This document shows, one piece after another, positions 50,925 through 61,894 of a stretch of 64,000 nt of DNA. This DNA is from Amoebidium appalachense. Lineage: Eukaryota > Protista > Ichthyosporea. Both the position numbers and the translations under genes were made by a program. The first letter of the stretch is position 1; every line of letters starts with the position of its first letter. Location: positions 5,706,564 to 5,770,563 of the forward strand of contig CAVNZM010000004.1 in assembly GCA_963693365.1 (NCBI GenBank), written 5' to 3'. The notes beneath the pieces are model-generated. The model was not told the DNA's origin, did not search any database, and saw only the letters and a list, made by a program, of their open reading frames with translations.

Positions 50925-51557
50925 TGTCGTATCCTAATATATGTGTACTAGAGACGCGGCACTCTACTAAGTGTACACACACGAAAAGGAACGAACGTGT
51001 ACAGAAAAACGGTAAAGTTTATTAAGACCAGGCTCCGACGGGCAAACTTAGATCCGTACGGATTGAGTCTAAGTTACGACTGAGGCCATCAAGGCCGTGC
51101 CCTACAAGATCATCATCACCTGGCCCCCTACGATGCCACATTCCATTAACATTCCGATCTACTTTTATCGTGCGCCTGCACGAGCTAAGTCGATCTACTC
51201 AACTAATATATTTATCCAAGTCTCACCCCTCTCCCTTCCCCTAGTGGCACCGCAGAGTCTAATTCTACATTTCATACTATCTCCCTCCCCCCTCCCTCCC
51301 CCCTTTCCTCTGTCATCGAAATATATAAATACGTTTGGCAGCATACACTATCAGAACTTGCCAATATTTACAAAAGGGCTTCTGCCCGAACAATCACATT
51401 CCTAAGTCCTCCTACGATCTATCCTACACACTAATTAGAATTCTATTGGTCGGCTGTCCCAGCTGACGTGGTCCTGCCCTGCGCCGGCAGGGCAAGATGA
51501 TCGCAGCTGTTCAGCTATCTTGAGGCCTCGGTCTTGATCTTGATGATCTGTGGACCC

Positions 51558-51592
<35 letters not shown>

Positions 51593-51643
51593 ATCTCGAT
51601 CGTAGACTTAGGCTAATCTGCTGAGACGGATTAGTATATGTCA
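50925..51643 (-). repeat. 3' LTR
   Basis: TG...CA ends; PPT adjacent at 51644-51666. Confidence 0.95.
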
Positions 51644-51847
51644 ACTCCCCCCCCGGCCCCCGGAAAAGCTGAGTCCCACCTCAGTCACATTACATCTAAC
51701 ACCCCCTAAAAAGACATAGACTAATCAGTCTCCCAAAAAAAATTAAAATTAAATAAATTACGAAGAAAAATAATAAATTAATCTACACCATAAGCTTGAT
51801 ACCTACGGAGACACCTATGATAATAAATTAAATTCCTACGACTACGT

Positions 51848-53638
51848 TCACACTCCTCCTCGGTCTCCTCCCCCCCCTCCCCCTCCCCCTGTGTGTCTAC
51901 GTGTATTTGCATCACTCCCCCCCCCGGCCCCCTCCCCCGTCGACTTTTTCAAACCACGATTAAACTGAGGAATAACTCTCTTTGGCCTAGAGGGAGCACT
52001 AGGCAACTCCCTCTGCACTAATCTAGCCTCATAAGCACGAATAGAAAACGGGCAATCCAAATGAAACTCAGGCAACCACTGATCTTCCTGATAACCTCCC
52101 TCAAAACGAATTAAATAATAATTTACCTTACCTTCCTTACCTTCAATAACCTTTTTATCCATAATTTTATCTACTGCAGCCTCTGATACATCCACCGACC
52201 CGTCATAGTCGGGGGTGAATGCATCTAACACTCGACGGCCCTCCGGCCGTTTAACCCTAAGGGCCCTATCATAATATTCCTTTATATCATCTACATTATA
52301 AAATCTAACATCACTCTCATTATCTAACCTCTGCACCTTATATTCCGTCGGACCTAACCTAGCCACTATTTTATATGGACCGATAAAAAGAGGCAACCAT
52401 TTCTTACCATACTTACGAAGACCTTCACCTTCACCCTTACCTTCCTGCTCCTGCTTATATCTCTTTTTCCTAGTATGATCCCTAATTAAAACTAAAGTAC
52501 CCTCGGCAAATTCACGTAACGGACGTGTGGACACGTCTGCACGTGTCTGTGCCTGCTGTGTACGGGCCAGAGCTGCATCACGTGCAGCCCGGGCCCGGGT
52601 TAGTAGCTGCTCCCGGAACTCAGTCCAGTGGGGATAAGTTAGTCGGTCAGCCCCCCCCATCGGCAAAAGTGCCGTATCTAACAAACTAATAGCCTCCTGC
52701 CCATAGACCAAATAAAACGGAGAAAAACCAGTCACAGCATGAGGGGTAGAATTATATGAATGAGCAATAAACCTAGACATATGATCCCAATCATTAGCCT
52801 CCACATCCACCATTTTGCCAAAGGACTTCTGAAACACTGCATGCACACGTTCAGAGATGGCATTTGCTTGAGGGTGATATGCAGACGTAGTGATATGAGC
52901 TACCCTTAAAATTTTACACACCTCCGACACCAACTGATTTAAAAACACACGACTCCTATCCGTTAACAAAACACGAGGACAACCAAACCTAAGACAAATT
53001 TCATCCACAAAAATACGAGCAAACAAAACGGCATTAGCAGTGGGGAGAGGAAAAACTTCAACCCAACGAGTGGCCACATCGGTGACGGTAACAAGAACAG
53101 TGTTACCCTCAACCGTAGAATTAAAAGGACCGACCACATCCACTGCTACCCTTTCAAACATACGAACATTAAAATCCCTAATAAACGACGGGCGGGAACG
53201 AGAGTGGGGACTCTCATTCCTTTCCTGACAATGCATGCATGACAACACATAATCCCTCACCTCCCTACTCATACCCGGCCAAAAATACGAACGATTAACA
53301 CGAAGCAACGTCCTATTTACACCTAAATGACCAGCCATGGGATGCTCATGCACCATATGCAAAACCTCATGCACAAGTGCCGTTGGGACCCAAACTCGGT
53401 GTCCGTCTGGCCCAGAACAATGATAAACTAAATCCTGCTCTACCTGACACATTTTTGCTAACTTAGCTACCTTAATCATCTGCCTTTTATTTTTAAATTT
53501 AATCGAATCAACCGGCCCCTTTAAATAATTCTTAACCAGACCAATCAACACATCATCCTCCTGAGCTAAGATCAAAGCCGTAGGTGCTAAGGCAGGGGCC
53601 GAGCCATGAGACTCGGTCCCGACCTCAGACACTGCCAA
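51848..53638 (-). CDS. Gypsy integrase with C-terminal chromodomain (intact frame)
   Basis: HHCC, VAVDVVGP / LTD / SERVH (DDE), FIGPYKI, VDKIMDKK...YYLIRFEG...DQWLPEFHL. Confidence 0.93.
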   Translation of the reverse strand: MAVSEVGTESHGSAPALAPTALILAQEDDVLIGLVKNYLKGPVDSIKFKNKRQMIKVAKLAKMCQVEQDLVYHCSGPDGHRVWVPTALVHEVLHMVHEHPMAGHLGVNRTLLRVNRSYFWPGMSREVRDYVLSCMHCQERNESPHSRSRPSFIRDFNVRMFERVAVDVVGPFNSTVEGNTVLVTVTDVATRWVEVFPLPTANAVLFARIFVDEICLRFGCPRVLLTDRSRVFLNQLVSEVCKILRVAHITTSAYHPQANAISERVHAVFQKSFGKMVDVEANDWDHMSRFIAHSYNSTPHAVTGFSPFYLVYGQEAISLLDTALLPMGGADRLTYPHWTEFREQLLTRARAARDAALARTQQAQTRADVSTRPLREFAEGTLVLIRDHTRKKRYKQEQEGKGEGEGLRKYGKKWLPLFIGPYKIVARLGPTEYKVQRLDNESDVRFYNVDDIKEYYDRALRVKRPEGRRVLDAFTPDYDGSVDVSEAAVDKIMDKKVIEGKEGKVNYYLIRFEGGYQEDQWLPEFHLDCPFSIRAYEARLVQRELPSAPSRPKRVIPQFNRGLKKSTGEGAGGGSDANTRRHTGGGGGGGGDRGGV

Positions 53639-53779
53639 ATACCTCCCCCCCCCCCTCCCCTACACTTATAAGCAAGCAACCCCGGAGCCCAAGAAGACAC
53701 ATCAACAGACACAGCATCTATTCCTTTCTGCTCACTCTCCCCCCCCTTCCCCCCCTCCCCCCCCCCCCCCCGTCTCTCA

Positions 53780-55310
53780 CTAGCCCCCCTCCCCCCCCCT
53801 CTCTTCTTCAAACAAAACATAAGCAGCACGAGAGAGAGCATCACAGTCAACCATTGTTTCACCCTTGGCATAAAACAATTTATAGGAGAACTCACCGAGA
53901 GCCGCGGCCCACTTCTGCATCCTCTCGTTGACCAGACGAGTGGTGCCGGCCATGGCTAGGCAGGGCTTGTGGTCGGTGTAGACCTCGAACGACCTGCCTG
54001 CGAGTATGTACCTCCATGCCTGTGAGACGGCCCAAAAGATAGCATGGGACTCTCTCTCCGGATTGCTATATCTACGTTCACTTTTACTAAACGAACGACT
54101 AGCATAAGCAATCACTCTATCCTGCCCCTCCTGCACTTGATATAACACTGCCCCCTCAGCAACCTTACTTGCATCACACCGAACTTTAAACATCCCCCCC
54201 CGGCCGAAAAATCAGGATGAACAAGCATACTCGAAGACTGCAAAGCTAACTTAAGCTTTTCGAAAGCAGAAATGGCATCAACATTCCAATCTATTCTATT
54301 CTTCTTCTCCCCTCCTGTCTGACTAGTTAACGGCAAAGCAAGCAAGTATAATCCTTAATATAACGACGAAGATAATTAGTTAAACCTAAAAATTGCCTTA
54401 GTTGAGTGACAGTCCGAGGACGGGGCCACTCAACTATGGCCCGGATTTTCTCCGGATCAGGGGAAAGACCATTACTAGACATGATATGACCTAAAAACTT
54501 AACCTCCGGCACACCAATCACAGTCTTGCTACCGCTAATACGAAGACCAGACTCACCCAAAGCTAAAAATACTTTTTCACAATTATTAACTAACTCCTCA
54601 AACGACCTACCTTTAATTAAAACATCATCCAAATAAGGGTGGCATACATCCAAATGAGGGTGGAGAATTTTATACATTACCCGGCACAACATAGCTGGAG
54701 AGGAGAGCAAACCCATCGGCACCACCTTGTACTGGAACAGCTGGTCACCCAGTGCAAAGGCAGTCTTCTCCTTGCTGCTCTCCTCCAACCTTATCTGCCA
54801 AAAAGCTGCTTTTAAATCAAGTTTAGCAAAGTGAGTATAGCCGTGCAGCTGTGAAAGCTGCTCGTCTATGTTAGGGAGAGGCCATTGGTCTGCCTTAGTG
54901 ATCCGATTCAGAGCCCTGTAATCGTTCACTAGACGCCAAGACCCGTCGGGCTTCTTAACCAATAGCACCGGACTTCTCCACGGACTCGAACTATGCTCTA
55001 CATGACCCTTTTTTAACATATCACTCACTATTATTAGCGCATCCGACAATTTATACTGCTCCATTCTATAGCTAGGCATCACTACCGGCCTATTATCACC
55101 TGTGTCGATCTGCATTTCAAACCCTTTAACGAAGCCTACTTCGTTATCATCGGCCAGAAATGCAAACCGAGTCCTATCAAATAACTTAGCTAGCAATTTT
55201 TTCTGTTCTACCGTCCAATCCCCCTCCTTCATACCAAACGGCAATACTAACTCCGGGTTACCCCCATCACAAGTGGATGCATCCTTATTCACCGGAGTGC
55301 CACTTAACAT
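53780..55310 (-). pseudogene. Gypsy RT + RNase H (frameshifts at ~54345 and ~54195)
   Basis: Same motifs as 24968-26899. Confidence 0.9.
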
Positions 55311-55512
55311 TTCACCTCCTGTATTACATCGGTGCTGCTCGGGGTGAGGTTGAGGTACCTCCGGATATAGGCGGTCACCCTTAGCACCCCCCCTCCCCCC
55401 GGCACACCAATGCCCCCGGGCAATTCCTGATGAGTTAGTGCATGTATGTGGGGGGCCAGGTCTGTGGCCACCCTGCCCCCCACGGTGTTGGTTAACCCGT
55501 CAGATCCACGGG

Positions 55513-57200
55513 TTAGACCAACACCCTCCCCCCCTGCCTGCACATTCTCACACCCGGGGTGACCCTCCTTCCTCTTGGGGGTCGGGGGAGTGGGACCGGT
55601 GCTGTCCCGGTCCCCCCCCCATCGTGTCGGGTGACATTTTGGTGGCTAACGTTAAATAAAGTTGTTCCCCCTCCTCCTGAGTCACCCTTCGAGCCGGCAT
55701 CCTCCTTTTGGGTAATAAGAGAGACCTCTATACTACCAATCTCATTAGTGAAACTACCGACGGAAACACCTGACCTAATCACTATAGGCTCGATGCCCGG
55801 ATTCACTAATTCTATTTCTATTGTCTTATCCGGCCATACCCTACTAAGGGTCCATTGGGCCACCTCCTGAAATGGGGTTTTCGGAGTAAAAACCCCTAAA
55901 TCCCCTATCCTAACATGATTGCCGGCTCGGACACGTACCGTTTGGCACTGGTAAGGCTCGATTACTACTTCAGCTACCGTTCTAGCACCAGACTGATAAC
56001 CGTCGAGCCCATCATGGGTTTTAATTTTAACGCCGGACTGCAATTCTAAAACATTCGTACGTTCAAACAAAGCATTCACATGTCTACGGAAAAATGGGGC
56101 TCCCAACAAAACACTTTGAGCTAAATCCTTAACCACATAACAAGCAACATGCATAGCCTGGCCACCTATCTCACACGGCAACACACAAACACCTTCCACA
56201 GACATACTACTATTATTAGCACTACCTAAGGCTGTGCTAGAAGCATCTAAAATAGGAATTTCCCCCCGGCCTGATTAAAACGACGAATAAACGAAGCATG
56301 CACACAATTAACCTGAGCCCCTCCATCGAGCACAGCAACAGCCTTCAACTTACCATCAGCTAACCATACGTCTATATAATGCCGGCTAAAACCAACTAAA
56401 TCCTCCTCCAATTCAAGCAACACATCATCACTCACACCCAATCCCTGCCCACGAAGACTCACACCCTCGATACCTACGTGCAACATACCTACCTGTGGTG
56501 CCTGCACGGGTGGGGTGGGGTGTGTATGTGATGTGGGTGGTGGTGGAGTGTGTGTGTGTGGTGTGTGTGTGGGTGGTGTGTGTGTGTTTGGTGTATGTGT
56601 GGGTGTGTGTGTGGGTGTAGGTGTGTCTGCAACCGTCGTATGTTGTTGTGGTGGTGTGTTTCTACGTGTCTGTGCCTTCCCCCCCCTTCCCCCTTTACTC
56701 GTGTGTGTCCCCCCCCCTCCCGGAAACAATGGCACAGAAACCCCCTCCGGTGTGGTTAGAATAAACACCGGGTTGGGACAAGAAACACTGAGACCATCCA
56801 CTTGTGGCTGGGGAACCTCCCCCAACCACAAAACATTCACACCATTCATACCTTTGGTAGAGTCACCCCACAAACATTCATGCCATACCACCTCGACGCT
56901 GTCTTGAGGACCCACGACGATGCCCGGCTCCCACACGTATCGGGGCGGTGAGGGGGCAAAGGGAAGCTTAACCTGGGGTGGGGGAGGGTGAAGGTTCTCT
57001 GCAACCTGGGGGGGACCGATACTGTCCCCCCCCTCCCTCAGTGACCCCAGCTTCCCCCTCCCCCGGAACTCAATAGCTCTTGTAACTACGGCAATATGCA
57101 GCAGAGTGCCCTTGCCGGCCACAAAAGTAACATGCACCAAAGAAGGGGCCAGGGGGGACTTCAAAACCTTGGCGCAAAGCATAACCGGGAGCCCGGTCAT
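55513..57200 (-). pseudogene. Gypsy zinc knuckle, protease and beta-rich domain (frame breaks in G-runs)
   Basis: CYFCGRQGHSAAYC, VLDGGAQVNC, VLLGAPFF. Confidence 0.8.
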
Positions 57201-57262
57201 GCTGGGGGGGCCCACCGTGTGCACCACGGCCCCCCCTTCCCCCCTGCCCCCCTCGGCCTCTC

Positions 57263-58405
57263 TCACCACCATTTCCACCCCCTCCCTCTACCCTGCCCAC
57301 CACCACGAGCAAGATAAGGGGCAAACCTCTCGGTGAACTGCTGCTGTTGTCCTCCACGTCCACCTCGGCCACGACCGCCGTGTCCACCCCGGTCGCCGCC
57401 ACGGCCACCCCGGAAGCCGAAGCCCCCTCGGCCAGAAAAGACGGCCTGGGAGAGCTCGGCGACCTGCTTGACCAACATGGTGAGTGCATCTGGCTGTTCA
57501 CCCTCTTTTTTCTCTTTTTCCCCCTTCTGTCCACTCTCCTTCTTTTTCTTGTCTACTTCCATCACCTCCTTTTTATCCCTCTTATTGAACTTCACCTCGT
57601 GCATGGCAAGCAAGTGACGTTTAACATGCAACACCACCTCATCTACATCATCATGCTCCCCAAACATGCGTGCAGTGTCTGTGTTTACAGAGAGAGCCTT
57701 ACGAGCAAACTCGAATTTTTCCCTATCACTCACGTCACCAGCTAACTCGCAAAGGTCTTCAAAGACCCGATATTCTCTCTCAAAGAATGCACGAGCTCCT
57801 ACGGGGGACATATCTAAAGTGGGAAAGGTATACTTCCATTCTCTGAGCTGGGCCCGGAAGGTACGGCGCCGGTCGGCCGTCAGGTATCGGCCGACGAGCC
57901 GGGCCGTATACTCGAGCTCGTTTTCCGGCCGTGTGAAGGCCTCGAGCTCCCCGTCCACGTCGTCGGTGCTGTTCTCGTCCTCGTCGTCGGGGATGAACCG
58001 TGCGGCCAGACGTTTCTGGCCGAGTGTCCGGGACACCATCTCGTCCCTCCCCTCGTCGTACTGCTGCTCGTATATACGAGCCGTCACCTGGGGGGCCTGC
58101 TCGGCCCGGTACGGGTGCTCCTCCATCAGGGTGCATAAGTCGGCCATTGTTTTGTGGTCGATGCACTGTTTGATCATTAAGCACGAGGCCGCCACAGTGG
58201 GGGCCTTCTTTGTGTCTAACACTAGTGTGGGTGTGTTAGCTAGGAGTGTCCTAAGCCACCTAGGTATTTCCGAGTCGTGTTTGAGTGTAAAACTGAAAGC
58301 TGTGGTCTGTCTAACGTCTAGTGTATGAACCTGTGGTACCTGTGTGTGCAGGGAGCTATCCTCCGCTGCCAATGCGTAGAACATGTCTACGTTAAACTTA
58401 GCCAT
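57263..58405 (-). CDS. Gypsy gag-like protein
   Basis: ATG at 58405 (MAKFNVD), 380 aa; matches 28470-29612. Confidence 0.8.
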   Translation of the reverse strand: MAKFNVDMFYALAAEDSSLHTQVPQVHTLDVRQTTAFSFTLKHDSEIPRWLRTLLANTPTLVLDTKKAPTVAASCLMIKQCIDHKTMADLCTLMEEHPYRAEQAPQVTARIYEQQYDEGRDEMVSRTLGQKRLAARFIPDDEDENSTDDVDGELEAFTRPENELEYTARLVGRYLTADRRRTFRAQLREWKYTFPTLDMSPVGARAFFEREYRVFEDLCELAGDVSDREKFEFARKALSVNTDTARMFGEHDDVDEVVLHVKRHLLAMHEVKFNKRDKKEVMEVDKKKKESGQKGEKEKKEGEQPDALTMLVKQVAELSQAVFSGRGGFGFRGGRGGDRGGHGGRGRGGRGGQQQQFTERFAPYLARGGGQGRGRGWKWW

Positions 58406-58568
58406 TGTGTGGTGTGTGCCCGAACTCGTGTGGTTGTGTTTATGTTGTTGTTTTTTTTTTTTTTTTTTTTTTTTTTTTTCTGTGTGTTTGAGGTGTAGCA
58501 ACAGCCCAGAAGGAACTGTCACCGCGTTACCCTAGCGCGAAAAACCGCACTAAAAGAAAGGTGTAGCT

Positions 58569-59201
58569 TGTCGTATCCTAATATATGTGTACTAGAGACG
58601 CGGCACTCTACTAAGTGTACACACACGAAAAGGAACGAACGTGTACAGAAAAACGGTAAAGTTTATTAAGACCAGGCTCCGACGGGCAAACTTAGATCCG
58701 CACGGATTGAGTCTAAGTTACGACTGAGGCCATCAAGGCCGTGCCCTACAAGATCATCATCACCTGGCCCCCTACGATGCCACATTCCATTAACATTCCG
58801 ATCTACTTTTATCGTGCGCCTGCACGAGCTAAGTCGATCTACTCAACTAATATATTTATCCAAGTCTCACCCCTCTCCCTTCCCCTAGTGGCACCGCAGA
58901 GTCTAATTCTACATTTCATACTATCTCCCTCCCCCCTCCCTCCCCCCTTTCCTCTGTCATCGAAATATATAAATACGTTTGGCAGCATACACTATCAGAA
59001 CTTGCCAATATTTACAAAAGGGCTTCTGCCCGAACAATCACATTCCTAAGTCCTCCTACGATCTATCCTACACACTAATTAGAATTCTATTGGTCGGCTG
59101 TCCCAGCTGACGTGGTCCTGCCCTGCGCCGGCAGGGCAAGATGATCGCAGCTGTTCAGCTATCTTGAGGCCTCGGTCTTGATCTTGATGATCTGTGGACC
59201 C

Positions 59202-59239
<38 letters not shown>

Positions 59240-59290
59240 ATCTCGATCGTAGACTTAGGCTAATCTGCTGAGACGGATTAGTATATGTCA
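58569..59290 (-). repeat. 5' LTR
   Basis: Direct repeat of 50925-51643. Confidence 0.95.
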
Positions 59291-61510
59291 GAACCCAATC
59301 CACCTCTGGACGTGCCCCCACAATGGCCCCATGACCCCCAGTGGGCCTAGCAATTCATTGTGGAAGACACCATCCATCCCTTAAACCATTTGGTAACACA
59401 GTCCATAAACAGAGTCACCTCTAACTCGCCACCCATATTCAGAGTCTGTTTTAATGCCTTTGCCGATTTTTCTCAATAAAAGTGCGCTCCATTGTTGGTT
59501 CTGATCAGTAAGGATGATGTTAGTACCGAAAAATCGATTGTTCTGTTCATTTTTTTCCCATTCGCTCACTGCACACTCCGATGATTGCATATTTCATGTA
59601 GTGTTTAGGGCCCCGACTCGTATGCGACACGTACGTTACGGCGTCGCAGGTGCATTTCGGGATACTTATTTAATCCTTTTTTCCTAATAAACCTCCATGC
59701 TTCTTTAACCATTACGGCCTTTTTAATTTTTGTATACGATATATTTTTTCGCTGCCTTTCATGGGCATTAACATAATTTATTATGCATTGCAACCAGGCC
59801 TGGTGGCCTGCTAAATTCCGGATCTCAGCTTCAAAGGTCGGAGACGGGCCTTTTAAGTCTGCGTAATAATGACTCAGCACCCCTGCATGCCCTGTATCCA
59901 TGAAGACACCTGAGAATAAAGTTTCCCCATTAACTTATTCTAATACTTGTCCCCGTGACGGTCACTGGCAGACTCTCCCTCCTTTCCCCCCAGATAAAAT
60001 TTGGTTGTGTTGGTGGTTGTGAAAGCTAGTAGTCACACTTCACTCACGTACAGGCGTACGACTGAGGAGTGTGCACGTGATCTACTGTGCAAACCAAATC
60101 ATGCCACTGGTGGTGCGCTTTGGACCAATCCATAGCCAGATTATTACCAGGTCACAGCCATGATTTCCGTGTAGCCAATAGGAGATGGTGACAATCCCGG
60201 AATGGCCACACCAGTCATCAAATACGACGTGTGTTCCTGTTACTTGCCATATATAGTAAGTCTTTCCGAATTCAAGGCTTCACATTGCTTTGGCGAGTGA
60301 ATATAGATGCATTCGAGAGAGGCTGACTGGATCTCTATGGAAATGAATTCGGCATGCCTTACTGCATGAAAGAAAGCTGTGCCAAAGACTCAAGCTAATG
60401 TTCAGCCACAGTGTATCCGTCTATGTTAGACCCCGGTTCACTTCCCCCCTCCGAGTCCTGTGCCTATGTGTACCTGCAATATCGCTCCCAGGAATGAGCC
60501 AAAAGTTTTGCGGTTCAGGTTGAGTATCATTGAATCTTATCGGGCCGGGTATGGTCCGGTTATGTAAGTCTAGCACAAGGTCGGTCAGTCACCGGTCATG
60601 CAAGTCCCGAATGGGGTCGGTTGCCGGGCTGACCAACAATATGCAAAACCTCCGGAGTTCTTCATATGTGACTCGAACATTTGTACGGTCTGCGGTTACA
60701 GGCATCATACCCGCAGCCTGTTTCTCATGATGCCCCTGTGTCTAGTGTGTTTATGTGCGTGCGTACGTGTGCGCGTATGTGTACTAGGATGTGTGTGTAC
60801 GTACGTGGCTGTGTGTGTATGTTATGTGTGTGTGCGCTCGCCGCGCAAGTTGCCATAGAGGCCCAAATATGAGCAAGAAAAGGAATGTACGGTAGCAGTT
60901 TATACAGGCGCTATGTAGGGAAATCTATCAGGGGACTCCATGCGCTTTTGGCATATTTTTGATGTTGCTCAGGCTTTTGTTTCATGTTTACATGGGTTTA
61001 CGTGACACATGGATTTGATGACATTTATGTCCCTTGTGTAAGTAACCCCACTGGACCATCCAGGTATTATCTTAATCATAATATATCCCGAAACAACTAT
61101 GGGCAAGATCTTCCTACGGTTGTCCCTCGCTTAATCATACACCTCGGACCTGGCCCCGAAGTGTATTACACGCGAGGCGTATTGATAAGCGAACGTGATA
61201 GTGTTATTAGTAAGTTACCATATATGTTGTCACACCTATATCATTGTATAGATGCACACAAAAGGAACTCTAGCTGTCCACCCTATACCACTGCGTAGAG
61301 CGGGCAATTATCAATACGTGAATGTATCAACAGGGTGGTGTCAGGATGATTCAACTTGAAGTGGCATAATGCGTGAGGGGCCCCGACAGCGTACCAGACT
61401 CTTGGAGCTATGACCACGTGGTAACACACGAAAGATACTTGAATATGTGACTATGTGGCATCATTTGGGACAATGGGTGGATTGCCACCGGGCAGGTCTC
61501 TACTAGTTTA

Positions 61511-61511
<1 letters not shown>

Positions 61512-61552
<41 letters not shown>

Positions 61553-61572
61553 ATGTGTGTGTGTGCGTGCGC
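61512..61572. repeat. (TG)n microsatellite
   Basis: TG dinucleotide tract. Confidence 0.9.
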
Positions 61573-61894
61573 GTTGGGGGTGCATAAATGGGAAGGGCGG
61601 TTGTGAACACTTGCACGTCCACCCATTGAACTCAATCCACAGCATTTGTGTCTGCCGCCACGCACAGTGGCACCCACCACAGACAGGCATTGCCCGCTGC
61701 TGGTTCACCCTTGGTCGGTGTTGTCTGCCGGACTGTGCGCGCACCGTTCACTCACAGTATCTGCTACACCAGGCAGCAGGGGCACACGCGCCCTGAGCAA
61801 TCCATGACAGAGGCCCATCAAATATCTGCATTCGCTCTGATGTTCATTCACACATCACCTACACGTATCTGCTTTCCCGCTTGGATTGGCTGCC

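Larger units (their letters stand above)
50925..59290 (-). mobile_element. Full-length young Ty3/Gypsy chromovirus
   Basis: LTRs 50925-51643 and 58569-59290 almost identical; 5-bp TSD GAACC at 50920-50924 and 59291-59295. Confidence 0.97.
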
